Below are positions 48,217-57,125 of a stretch of DNA of 64,000 nt, in pieces (the first letter of the stretch is position 1; every line of letters starts with the position of its first letter). The stretch is taken from the NCBI GenBank assembly GCA_963713825.1, contig CAVQNG010000025.1, positions 160,001 through 224,000 of the forward strand. The letters are read 5' to 3'. The notes beneath the pieces are model-generated. The model was given only the letters and a program-made list of their open reading frames with translations. It did not search any database and was not told the DNA's origin. The position numbers were made by a program, and so were the translations under genes. This stretch comes from an uncultured Acidobacteriota bacterium (lineage in GTDB: Bacteria > Acidobacteriota > Thermoanaerobaculia > Multivoradales > JAHEKO01).

Positions 48217-49206
48217 ATGAAGGTCTTTCTCACCGGTGCCACTGGCTTCATCGGCGGGCATCTGCTGCGGTCTCTGCTCGAGGCTGGAGCAGAAGTGCGA
48301 TGCCTGACTCGGGCCCAGAGTCGGCGCAGGAATCTCGACGGTTTGGATGTCGAGGTCGCCGAGGGAGACTTACGGGACGCGAGTGCCCTGCGCTCGGGGG
48401 TCGAAGGCTGCGAGATGGTGTTCCATTGCGCTGCCGACTACCGGCTGTACAGCAAGAACCCCGAGGAGCTCTACGAGTCCAACGTAGAGGGGACTCGCAA
48501 CCTGATGCAGGCCGCCTCGGAGGTGGGGGCGCGGCGAGTGGTCTACACCAGCTCGGTCGGTGCTCTCGGTCTCGAGCCTGACGGATCACCGGCGGACGAG
48601 GAGACACCGGTCACTCTCGAGGCCATGGTGGGGCACTACAAGCGGAGCAAGTTCCTGGCAGAGCGAGTCGCCGATGATTGGGTTGAGAAGGGGCTTCCGA
48701 TCGTGATCGTCAACCCTTCGACTCCGATCGGGGAGGGTGACCTCAAACCCACCGCGACGGGCCAGATGATCGTCGACTTCCTCAATCGGAAGACTCCGGC
48801 CTATGTGGACACGGGGCTGAACCTGGTAGACGTGCACGATGTGGCCCTGGGCCATGTTCGGGCCGCAGAAAAGGGCAGGGTCGGTGAGAAGTACATCCTC
48901 GGCAATCGCGACCTGAGCCTGCGGGAGATCTACCAGACGCTTGGCAGCTTGACCGGGCTGCCGGCCCCGAAGATCAAGGTGCCGCATTGGCTGCCGCTCG
49001 CTTGGGCAGCTCTCGACACTGGAGTGAGTCGCCTTGTCGGGCGGACACCGGGAGTGCCGCTCGAGGCCGTTCGTCTATCGAGATACAAGATGTACTTCGA
49101 CGCCAGCAAAGCAGTGCGCGAGCTCGGCCTGCCCCAGACCCCCATCGAAGAACCCCTGCAGAGAGCCGTTGACTGGTACAAGACCAACGGCTACGTGACC
49201 CGCTAG
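48217..49206 (+). CDS. hpnA: Hopanoid-associated NAD-dependent epimerase/dehydratase
   Basis: TGATGFIG, FHCAADYRL, YTSSV, GHYKRSKFLAE, NPSTPIG..KPT.TG, PAYVDTGLN. Confidence 0.92.
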   Translation: MKVFLTGATGFIGGHLLRSLLEAGAEVRCLTRAQSRRRNLDGLDVEVAEGDLRDASALRSGVEGCEMVFHCAADYRLYSKNPEELYESNVEGTRNLMQAASEVGARRVVYTSSVGALGLEPDGSPADEETPVTLEAMVGHYKRSKFLAERVADDWVEKGLPIVIVNPSTPIGEGDLKPTATGQMIVDFLNRKTPAYVDTGLNLVDVHDVALGHVRAAEKGRVGEKYILGNRDLSLREIYQTLGSLTGLPAPKIKVPHWLPLAWAALDTGVSRLVGRTPGVPLEAVRLSRYKMYFDASKAVRELGLPQTPIEEPLQRAVDWYKTNGYVTR

Positions 49207-49222
49207 TCTGGATCTGGGGCCC

Positions 49223-49987
49223 ATGTCATCGACAGAACAGATCGATCCGCGCCGGACGGGTCCAGGAGTTGCAGTCGTCGCCGCCATGGAAGAGGAGCTC
49301 TACTCTCTGCGCCAGCGGCTCTCGGACGTCAGGAGGGTGGCTCTCCCTACGGGCTCGGCGGTCCGCGGGCGCCTCGAATCCCAGGAGGTCTTGCTGGCGG
49401 CCACCGGGGAGGGCGCGGCGGCCGCCGAAAAGAGGCTATCGGCCCTCTTGTCAGACCGCAGCATAGAGGCCCTTCTCGTTGTCGGAGTCGCCGGCGCAAT
49501 CTCCCCGGATCTGGCAGTCGGAGATCTCGTGGCCATCGACTCGGTCAGAGACGAGCACGGCGAGATTCCATCGCCCGACGCCTCGCTTCTGCAGCGAGCC
49601 CTCACTTCGAAGAACGTCGTGCAGGGAGGAGTGGTGAGTGTCGACAAGATCGTGGTTGACGCTGCTGCCAAACAAGCTCTCTGGCAGTCCGTTGGCGGGG
49701 GCCCGTTCCAAGTGGTCGACCTGGAGTCGGCGACTTACGCGCGACTGGCGACGGAAAAGGGAATCCCCTATTTCGTCCTGCGAGCAGTCAGCGACACCGC
49801 AAGTGAAAGTCTGCCGCTCGATTTCAATGCGTTTCGCAGCTCGGATGGGAGCATCAATCGAGGCAGGGTGGCGCGACATTTGATCTTCCATCCACATCTG
49901 GTTGGGCCCTTGAAGGACCTACGCACCCGTTTGAGAGAATGTGCGGTCTCGATGGCGAATGTCGTCGAAGAGATTCTGAGACCATGA
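49223..49987 (+). CDS. hpnG: Hopanoid-associated nucleoside phosphorylase/nucleosidase
   Basis: AAMEEE, GVAGAISPDLAVGDLV, VDLES, LRAVSD, LPLDF; hpn context. Confidence 0.85.
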   Translation: MSSTEQIDPRRTGPGVAVVAAMEEELYSLRQRLSDVRRVALPTGSAVRGRLESQEVLLAATGEGAAAAEKRLSALLSDRSIEALLVVGVAGAISPDLAVGDLVAIDSVRDEHGEIPSPDASLLQRALTSKNVVQGGVVSVDKIVVDAAAKQALWQSVGGGPFQVVDLESATYARLATEKGIPYFVLRAVSDTASESLPLDFNAFRSSDGSINRGRVARHLIFHPHLVGPLKDLRTRLRECAVSMANVVEEILRP

Positions 49988-51396
49988 GACGTCCAACAAC
50001 CTGGCTCGAGCCTTTAGCACTGAGGGCATTGGTCATCGGCCTGCTGTCGGTGAGCCTTCTGGCGGTGGGTGCTGCGGCAGAGGAGGAGTCGAAGCGGAGG
50101 CTCTTCATTGCCCTGGATGCTGTTCCCTACCAGATAGCGGCTGACGTCATGAATCCGGCCCTGGGCGACGAGGCGCTGTTCCAGGGTTTCGAGGGCCCGG
50201 TGCGGCTGGTCAGCACGTTCCCATCCTCGACGAGCGTGGCGCTGCCCGGGATCCTCGGGCCGATCGGGCTCAGGCGGTCTCCGGGTTACGAAGCCCGCTT
50301 CTTCGACTGGCAGGAGAGCAAGGTCAGGGGCGGTGGGGCCGTCAGCTATGGCCGCATCGAGTTTCCATGGCGGGATTTCTTCGATTGGGGGCGCAAGGGC
50401 GTAGCGGGCAGCGCGATCGAGGCCGTGAAGCCGGTCAAGTCGGGTATCAAGCGCCTCCGCAATGCCATGGAAGACTTCGTTCAATCGGACAAGGAGGAGT
50501 TCTGGATCTACTCTGCGGCGACGGATATCGCGGGTCACGTCATCAGTCCGCAGGCGCACGTCGACTTCTTCAAGGCGCTGGACGAGATGATTCTGGAAGC
50601 GCGCCAGGCGTCACCCGGTCGTCCTTTCGACGTCGTCGTCTTCTCCGATCACGGCATGGATGGTGGCGAGCCTCTGATCAATGTGTTCAGGCCGGCCAAG
50701 AAGGCTCTCAAGCAAGCCGGGTACCGCAGCAAGAAGCGACTGAAAGGCGCTGAAGACGTAGTGCTGACACCCTTCGGATTGGTCTCCAACTTCGAGGCCT
50801 ACACCGTCGACGAGAACAAGGCGCGGGTGGCCGAGATCCTGGCTGCCGTCGAAGGTGTGGACCTCTGCGCCTATGAGCTGGAGGAGGGCTGGCGGGTCGA
50901 AAGCCATCGGGGCAGCGCCACGTTCCTGCAGGATCAGCGCGAAGGAGAGCTCTGGTGGTCGTATGAGCCGCATCACGGCGACCCGCTGGAATTCCTGGAC
51001 GGGATCGAGCGGATGGAGAAGGCCGGCCTGGTGCGACAGGGTTGGTTGCCGGACAAAGCCACCTTCGAGGCCACTATCGATGCGGAGAATCCAGATCCCT
51101 TCTATCGCATTGCTCATGCCTTCGAGTTGACTACGAACCCTGCCTCGGTGATCTGCTCGGCGAGTCGGGGATACATGTATGGTGCTCCCCACACAGGGGT
51201 CCTGGCCCAGATCGGCAAGGGCCACCTGCGCTGGACCCACGGCGCCTTGAACCGCGATGCCACCCTCGGATTCCTGTTCAGCGATGTCGAGGGTTGGGAG
51301 GCGCCAGAGGCCATTCGTTTCGATCGTGCCATCCTGCCCTTTCACGACACTGTGGAGGGAGAGCCGGAGACCGACGCCCCGAAGCCATCCCAATAA
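49984..51396 (+). CDS. Exported alkaline-phosphatase/nucleotide-pyrophosphatase superfamily protein
   Basis: Signal peptide; IALDAVP, STFPSST (Thr nucleophile), TDIAGH, FSDHG, THGAL; ATGA overlap with hpnG. Confidence 0.82.
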   Translation: MRRPTTWLEPLALRALVIGLLSVSLLAVGAAAEEESKRRLFIALDAVPYQIAADVMNPALGDEALFQGFEGPVRLVSTFPSSTSVALPGILGPIGLRRSPGYEARFFDWQESKVRGGGAVSYGRIEFPWRDFFDWGRKGVAGSAIEAVKPVKSGIKRLRNAMEDFVQSDKEEFWIYSAATDIAGHVISPQAHVDFFKALDEMILEARQASPGRPFDVVVFSDHGMDGGEPLINVFRPAKKALKQAGYRSKKRLKGAEDVVLTPFGLVSNFEAYTVDENKARVAEILAAVEGVDLCAYELEEGWRVESHRGSATFLQDQREGELWWSYEPHHGDPLEFLDGIERMEKAGLVRQGWLPDKATFEATIDAENPDPFYRIAHAFELTTNPASVICSASRGYMYGAPHTGVLAQIGKGHLRWTHGALNRDATLGFLFSDVEGWEAPEAIRFDRAILPFHDTVEGEPETDAPKPSQ

Positions 51397-51451
51397 GCCA
51401 AGAAATCTACGCGGTGAGTCGACCGAGTCGCGGGCAGCCCCCTCACGGCGG

Positions 51452-51480
51452 TTTTCAGCATTGCAGGTAAGCTGTAAGAT
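51452..51480 (+). promoter_or_regulatory. Candidate sigma70 promoter for the mevalonate sub-cluster
   Basis: TTTTCA-17 nt-TAAGAT in the 124-nt gap before the prenyl synthase gene. Confidence 0.35.
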
Positions 51481-51520
51481 AACGACTCATACCAGTCCCC
51501 ATTTGATGTCGAACAGGCCG

Positions 51521-52648
51521 ATGAGTGGAACGATGAGTGTCGAAGAGGCAGGCCGCAGGCAGGCAACGCAAGAGGCCGGCACCGATTTTGATGAGCTGTT
51601 GGTCTCTTTCCGGGATCGGCTGGAGACCGACCTCATGGCCTGGGTCGAGGCCAAGCGCCTTGCGACCCGCGCCGAGCTCGGGGAGGCCGACGAGCTGACT
51701 GGAGTGCTGTCGGAGTTCCTGGCGCGCGATGGGAAGCGATTGCGCCCTGCCCTGGTCTACTACAGCTACAGAGCTTGTGGCGGCGATTCGGAGCCGGTTG
51801 TCATGCCGGTGGCCATGGCTGTCGAGCTGCTGCACACCTATCTTCTGGTGCACGATGACATCATGGATCACGCCAAGACGCGGCGTGGAGAGCCGGCCGT
51901 GCATGTGCTGTTCAGCGAGTTCCACCGCGACCGTGGATGGCACGGAGACTCCAGCCACTTCGGCACCTCTGTGGGTATCTTGCTCGGTGACCTGGCGGAG
52001 TCGTACGCCGTCGAGCTCTACTCGTCTTCCGAGATGTCGGAGGCAGTGAGAGACGGTGTGCGGCAGTGCTTTTCGACGATGTGCCAGGAGGTCATTGTTG
52101 GACAGTATTTGGAGATGACAGCCGGGTATCGAGGCAATCTGACCGAGGCAGAGCTGCTGCGGATCCTGCAAATGAAATCAGGCCGCTACAGTGTCGAGCG
52201 ACCGGTTCAGCTGGGAGCACTGCTGGCTGCAGCTTCACGGGACACCCTCGATGCTCTGACCCGATACGGGGCTCGGCTTGGTGAGGCCTTCCAACTTCAG
52301 GACGATCTCCTGGGGATGTTTGGCGATGTCGAGACGGTTGGCAAGCCGGTAGGCGAAGATCTGGCCGAGGGCAAGTACACGATCTTGATTCACAGCGCCC
52401 TCGAGAAGCTCTCGCCAGCGGATAGAAAAACCGTCGAAAGGGCGCTTGGCAACGCCGATATTCGAGAGCCGGAGGTGAGAGAGGTTCAGAAGCTCATCGA
52501 GGGTGTCGGGGCTCGCCAACAGGTCGTCGAAATGATCGAAACGCGCCTTCAGGCCGCCGACCAGGCCCTCGACCAGGCCGCAGTGACGGGCCCGGGAGCG
52601 AGTTTCCTCGAGGGGCTGATGGAGTACCTGCGTGGGCGAGAGCGCTAG
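51521..52648 (+). CDS. idsA: Short-chain trans-prenyl diphosphate synthase (archaeal/IdsA-type FPP/GGPP synthase)
   Basis: GKRLRP, ELLHTYLLVHDDIMD..TRRG, GQYLE, KSGRY, AFQLQDDLLG, GKPVGEDLAEGKYT. Confidence 0.92.
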   Translation: MSGTMSVEEAGRRQATQEAGTDFDELLVSFRDRLETDLMAWVEAKRLATRAELGEADELTGVLSEFLARDGKRLRPALVYYSYRACGGDSEPVVMPVAMAVELLHTYLLVHDDIMDHAKTRRGEPAVHVLFSEFHRDRGWHGDSSHFGTSVGILLGDLAESYAVELYSSSEMSEAVRDGVRQCFSTMCQEVIVGQYLEMTAGYRGNLTEAELLRILQMKSGRYSVERPVQLGALLAAASRDTLDALTRYGARLGEAFQLQDDLLGMFGDVETVGKPVGEDLAEGKYTILIHSALEKLSPADRKTVERALGNADIREPEVREVQKLIEGVGARQQVVEMIETRLQAADQALDQAAVTGPGASFLEGLMEYLRGRER

Positions 52649-52672
52649 GCCGCGGATCTACCGAGACAAATT

Positions 52673-53692
52673 ATGACTTCGCACGAAGACCGGGATCGCA
52701 AGGCCGAGCACATCCAGTTGTCCCTCGACGACCGGATGCAGTTGCACGGGCACTACTTCGATGCATACTCCTTCGAGCACCAGGCGCTGCCCGAGCTAGA
52801 TCTCCAGGAGGTGGAGGTCTCGACCCGATTCCTCGACAAAGCCATCGCAGCGCCTCTCCTGATTTCCTGTATGACGGGCGGCACCGGCGATGCGGTCCGC
52901 ATCAACCGGCATCTTGCAGAGGCTGCTGAGGAGGTCGGGATCGCCCTTGGGATCGGCTCACAGCGCAAGGCACTCGAAGATCCCAGCCTGGTCGAGAGCT
53001 TCAAGGTCCGGCAGTGGGCTCCGACAATTCCCCTGCTCGGCAACCTGGGTGCGGTGCAGTTGAATTATGGCTATGGCCTGGACGAGTGTCGAGCCGCCGT
53101 GGAAATGATCGAGGCCGACGCTCTGGTGCTACACCTCAATCCTCTGCAGGAAGCGATCCAGCCAGAAGGGCAGTGCGACTTCAGCGGTTTGATCTCCAAG
53201 GTCGGGCAGATCGTGGAGGGTCTGGAAGTGCCGGTCATCGTCAAGGAGGTCGGGTCGGGCATCTCCCAAGGATTGGCCACCAGGCTGTGGGATGTCGGAG
53301 TGATAATCGTCGATACGGCTGGAGTTGGTGGAACGAGCTGGGCGCGAATCGAAGGCGCACGGGCCCGGGACACAGAGATCGGAGAGCTCTTTGCTGGCTG
53401 GGGGATTCCGACACCGGCGAGCATTCGACAGCTGCGCCGAGTACCCGGTCTCCAGATCATCGGCAGCGGTGGCGTCAGCAACGGCCTCGATGTCGCCAAG
53501 GCGATCGCTCTCGGGGCGGAGATGGCGGGCATGGCGCAGCCCTTCCTGGTCGCCGCGGATGATTCGGCCGAGGCCGTCGTGAGAAAGATCAGGCGCACGA
53601 CAAGAGAGCTCGAGATCACCATGTTCTGCACCGGGGCGCGCAATCTCGAGGCCCTACAGCAAGTCGAGTTACGTCATCCTAGCGAGGATTGA
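52673..53692 (+). CDS. fni: Type 2 isopentenyl-diphosphate isomerase (FMN)
   Basis: RKAEHI, HQALPE, MTGG, GSQR, HLNPLQE, KEVGSG, GGTSW, WGIPT. Confidence 0.96.
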   Translation: MTSHEDRDRKAEHIQLSLDDRMQLHGHYFDAYSFEHQALPELDLQEVEVSTRFLDKAIAAPLLISCMTGGTGDAVRINRHLAEAAEEVGIALGIGSQRKALEDPSLVESFKVRQWAPTIPLLGNLGAVQLNYGYGLDECRAAVEMIEADALVLHLNPLQEAIQPEGQCDFSGLISKVGQIVEGLEVPVIVKEVGSGISQGLATRLWDVGVIIVDTAGVGGTSWARIEGARARDTEIGELFAGWGIPTPASIRQLRRVPGLQIIGSGGVSNGLDVAKAIALGAEMAGMAQPFLVAADDSAEAVVRKIRRTTRELEITMFCTGARNLEALQQVELRHPSED

Positions 53693-53698
53693 AGCACC

Positions 53699-54967
53699 AT
53701 GACCTCTGCACAGCAAGATTCCGTGGATCGTGAGGAACTGGTTCGACAGTTGGTCGAGGGTGAGCGGCGCTGGCACGAGTTGCCGGAAGGGATGCCGGCT
53801 CACGTTCAAGCCAAGATCCGACGTCGTGCCCTGGAGGCCATGACCGGTGTCCAGCTCGACAACATCGCCGCCTACACTCTCGATCCGGTGCGAGCTTCAA
53901 CGCGACACGCGGAGAACTTCATCGGTGCGACGCAGATTCCCGTCGGCATCTGCGGACCGCTCAAGGTCAAGGGCACTTGGGTCAGTGTCGAGGAGGATCT
54001 TCACGTACCGTTGGCGACCAGCGAAGGAGCGCTGATCGCGAGTATCAACCGGGGCTGCCGAGCCCTGCGTGAAGCGGGGGGCGCTGTCGTTCGTGTCGAA
54101 GACGTCGGAATGACCCGAGCGCCGGTTTTTCGCACACTCGGAATCGATGACACCCGGCGCTTTCTCGACTGGGTGCGCCAGAACGACTCGAAGATTCGTC
54201 AGGTGGCGGAGGCGACCAGTAACCATCTCGAGCTCCTGGATATCAAGCCGCAGACTTTTGGCAGTTCGATCTATCTCCGCTTTCGCTTCCGGACGGGGGA
54301 TGCCATGGGCATGAACATGGCAACGATCGCTTGCGATCGAGTCGTGCGGGACCTCATCGAGCCGGGCACCGGCATTCCCTGCGTAGCGCTGTCGGGCAAC
54401 TTCTGCGTCGACAAGAAACCCTCGGCGGTCAACTTCCTGGAAGGCCGGGGCAAGCGAATCTACGCCGAAGTGGTGCTCGATGGCGAGATTCTCGAGCGCT
54501 GCCTGAAGAGCACTTCTCGATCGCTGGTGGAGGTGCAGTATCGGAAGAACCTCCTGGGCTCGATCGCTGCCGGTTCGATGGGATTCAATGCCCACTATGC
54601 GAACGTTCTGGCTGCGGCCTTCATTGCCATGGGTCAGGACGTGGCACAGGTGGTCGAAGGGGCAATGGGGGTGACCTGCATCGAACCCCGGGGCGACGAT
54701 GCCGTCTTCGCCTCGGTGTATCTCCCGGACGTGCCGTTGGGTGTCGTCGGTGGTGGTACGGCACTGGGCCCGCAAAAGGAGGCCCTGGAGGTCATCGGCG
54801 CCGTTGCCGACCCCGAGAACCCCGGTGCTGGAGCGATGCGATTGGCAGAGATTCTGGGCGCGATGGTCCTGGCTGGCGAGCTTTCATTGCTGGCTGCCTT
54901 CACCTCTGGAGACCTTGCTGGGGCCCACGAGCAGCTCGGCCGCGGCGCCATTCCCGACGCAACCTAG
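53699..54967 (+). CDS. hmgA: HMG-CoA reductase, class I (NADPH, archaeal-like)
   Basis: ENFIG, PLATSEGALIASINRG, MTRAP, GDAMGMNM, SGNFCVDKKP (cis-loop), GQDVAQ, VGGGT, AHEQLGR. Confidence 0.95.
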   Translation: MTSAQQDSVDREELVRQLVEGERRWHELPEGMPAHVQAKIRRRALEAMTGVQLDNIAAYTLDPVRASTRHAENFIGATQIPVGICGPLKVKGTWVSVEEDLHVPLATSEGALIASINRGCRALREAGGAVVRVEDVGMTRAPVFRTLGIDDTRRFLDWVRQNDSKIRQVAEATSNHLELLDIKPQTFGSSIYLRFRFRTGDAMGMNMATIACDRVVRDLIEPGTGIPCVALSGNFCVDKKPSAVNFLEGRGKRIYAEVVLDGEILERCLKSTSRSLVEVQYRKNLLGSIAAGSMGFNAHYANVLAAAFIAMGQDVAQVVEGAMGVTCIEPRGDDAVFASVYLPDVPLGVVGGGTALGPQKEALEVIGAVADPENPGAGAMRLAEILGAMVLAGELSLLAAFTSGDLAGAHEQLGRGAIPDAT

Positions 54968-55040
54968 AGTTGCCCCCGAGCATGATGGAGAGTTCCCCTC
55001 TGGCGCCCGAAGCAGGCTCGACGCTGAGGGCGCGTTCCTG

Positions 55041-56120
55041 ATGCCGCGACACGTTCTGGCCACCACCCCTGGCAAGCTCATTCTGATGGGGGAGCATGCG
55101 GCGGTCTATGGACGGCCGGCCCTGGTAGCGGCTGTAGCACCTCGCACGAGGGTGGAGGTGACCGAATACACCGCAGGGGTCGTGGTGGAGCTACCCGACC
55201 TGGATCGGGAGCTGCGCAGCAACTGGTCCGAGTTGGCGGCAGCAGCGGAGGCTGCGCGGATCCAGTGGGAAGCTTTCTCCGAGAACCCGATAGCGGAGCG
55301 CTTCGAGGCCCTGCGAAGCTCCGACCCTGCCCACCTGGTCGAGCTCGCTCTCGGGGAGGTGGCGGTCGAGCTGGGAGCCGACCTGCCTCCGATGACCCTG
55401 CATGTGAAGTCGGACCTACCTGTCGGCTCGGGATTCGGCAGCTCGGCGGCCGTGGCGGTGGGGCTCGTGGGCGGGGTTCTGTGCTTCATGGAAGGCGTCG
55501 CGGCTCGGCCACTCGTCGATCGCATCGCTTTCGATGTCGAGCGTCGCCAGCACGGGATGCCTTCCGGCGTTGATCACCGAACGGTGCTGCAAGGCGGCAT
55601 TCTGTGGGCCGAGCGGAGCTCTGGGGGTGAGCTTCTCACCACGCCGGTCGAAGGCGGTCAGCTCCTTGGCTCCCGCATCCAGGTGCTGCATACAGGGCAG
55701 CCGTCGGAGACGACGGGTGACGTGGTGGCGGCGGTTCGGCAACTCGCCTACGAAGACCAGGCGGGCTTCGACAGGTTGCTGCATCGGATGGAGTCGTCCG
55801 TCGACGGTTTTCGTGACTGGCTGAGGAGTGGGGCGGGCGATCTCGATCGAGCGATCACGGCGATTCGAGACTATGAGACATGCCTGGAAGCCATAGGTGT
55901 TGTTCCTGCATCTGTGCAGCAGGCGATTCGAGAAGTGGAGGCGCTTGGTGGGGCCGCCAAGATCTCTGGCGCCGGGGCCCTTTCGGGCGAGGCCGCGGGT
56001 TGTCTTCTCGTCTGCTGGCCCGACACCTGGGATGGTCGGTCGCCGAAAGGTCTGTCGGCATACAATCTCCAGGATGTGGAGTTGGGGGTGCCAGGATTGA
56101 CTTGCGAGGTCGAGGGATGA
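55041..56120 (+). CDS. mvk: Mevalonate kinase
   Basis: PGKLILMGEHAAVYG, LPVGSGFGSSAA, HGMPSGVD, AKISGAG. Confidence 0.93.
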   Translation: MPRHVLATTPGKLILMGEHAAVYGRPALVAAVAPRTRVEVTEYTAGVVVELPDLDRELRSNWSELAAAAEAARIQWEAFSENPIAERFEALRSSDPAHLVELALGEVAVELGADLPPMTLHVKSDLPVGSGFGSSAAVAVGLVGGVLCFMEGVAARPLVDRIAFDVERRQHGMPSGVDHRTVLQGGILWAERSSGGELLTTPVEGGQLLGSRIQVLHTGQPSETTGDVVAAVRQLAYEDQAGFDRLLHRMESSVDGFRDWLRSGAGDLDRAITAIRDYETCLEAIGVVPASVQQAIREVEALGGAAKISGAGALSGEAAGCLLVCWPDTWDGRSPKGLSAYNLQDVELGVPGLTCEVEG

Positions 56121-57121
56121 CAGCAAAAGCCACAGTCGTCGCACCGGCGAATATCGCCTTCATCAAGTACTGGGGCACGCAGGACTGGGATCAGACGTTG
56201 CCCTTCAACCCCTCCATCTCTATGACTCTACGTGAGTGTGTCACCCGCACGACCGTCGAGCTCATCGAACGTTCAGAGGGCGACTCGGTCCTTCTCAGAA
56301 CGGCAGAGGGTAGCCTCGAGCCAGCCGCCGAAGCGTTCCGTCAGCGCCTCGAGCCCCACCTTGACCGGCTCCGCAGATGGGCTGGTGAAGAAGTCGCGTT
56401 TCGAGTCGCCACCGAGAATAGCTTCCCCATGGGGGCCGGCATGGCTTCGTCGGCATCGGGCTTCGCTGCCCTCACACTGGCCGTGGTGGCTGCCCTTGGC
56501 AAGCAGACCTCAGGGGAAGAGGCGTCCGTTCTGGCACGCCTCAGTGGGTCCGGATCAGCCTCTCGATCGGTCCTGGGAGGCTATGTTCGGTGGCCCGCTG
56601 GAGAGGAACCTGGAGAGGAGCATGCGGTTCAGTTGGCATCGGCGGACCACTGGGACTTGCGCGATGTCGTAGCTGTCCTCCAGGAGCAGGCCAAGGAGGT
56701 TTCCTCTCGCGAGGGGCACGAGCGGGCACCTTCGAGTCCCTACTTCGAGCCCAGGCAGAAGTTGCTTCCGGACCGCCTCGAGACCGTCACCCAAGCGATT
56801 CTGGCGCGGGACTTTTCGTCCTTGGCGCAGACTGTCGAAGAGGAGGCGATCGACCTCCACCTCATCGCCATGTCTTCCCACCCGCCAATTTTCTACTGGA
56901 GACCAGGAACCCTCGAGGTCCTGGCGGCCATTCGCCTCCTGCGGCAGGATGGGGTCGAGGTCTGTGCAACCATGGACGCTGGTGCCAACGTGCACATGAT
57001 CTGCACGCCAGACTCCGAAGCCGCGGTGGCAGAGGTGGTGGGAGCGATAACAGAAGTCGGTTATTTGATCTACGACGGTGTTGGGCAGGGTCCCAGGACG
57101 ATTGAAGAGCACCTGGTCTGA
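56117..57121 (+). CDS. mvaD: Mevalonate decarboxylase family protein; probably mevalonate-5-phosphate decarboxylase
   Basis: ANIAFIKYWG, SISMTL, GMASSASG, GSGSASRS, KEVSSREGH, TMDAGANVH; followed by IPK, and no PMK in the cluster. Confidence 0.9.
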   Translation: MTAKATVVAPANIAFIKYWGTQDWDQTLPFNPSISMTLRECVTRTTVELIERSEGDSVLLRTAEGSLEPAAEAFRQRLEPHLDRLRRWAGEEVAFRVATENSFPMGAGMASSASGFAALTLAVVAALGKQTSGEEASVLARLSGSGSASRSVLGGYVRWPAGEEPGEEHAVQLASADHWDLRDVVAVLQEQAKEVSSREGHERAPSSPYFEPRQKLLPDRLETVTQAILARDFSSLAQTVEEEAIDLHLIAMSSHPPIFYWRPGTLEVLAAIRLLRQDGVEVCATMDAGANVHMICTPDSEAAVAEVVGAITEVGYLIYDGVGQGPRTIEEHLV

Positions 57122-57125
57122 AGCG

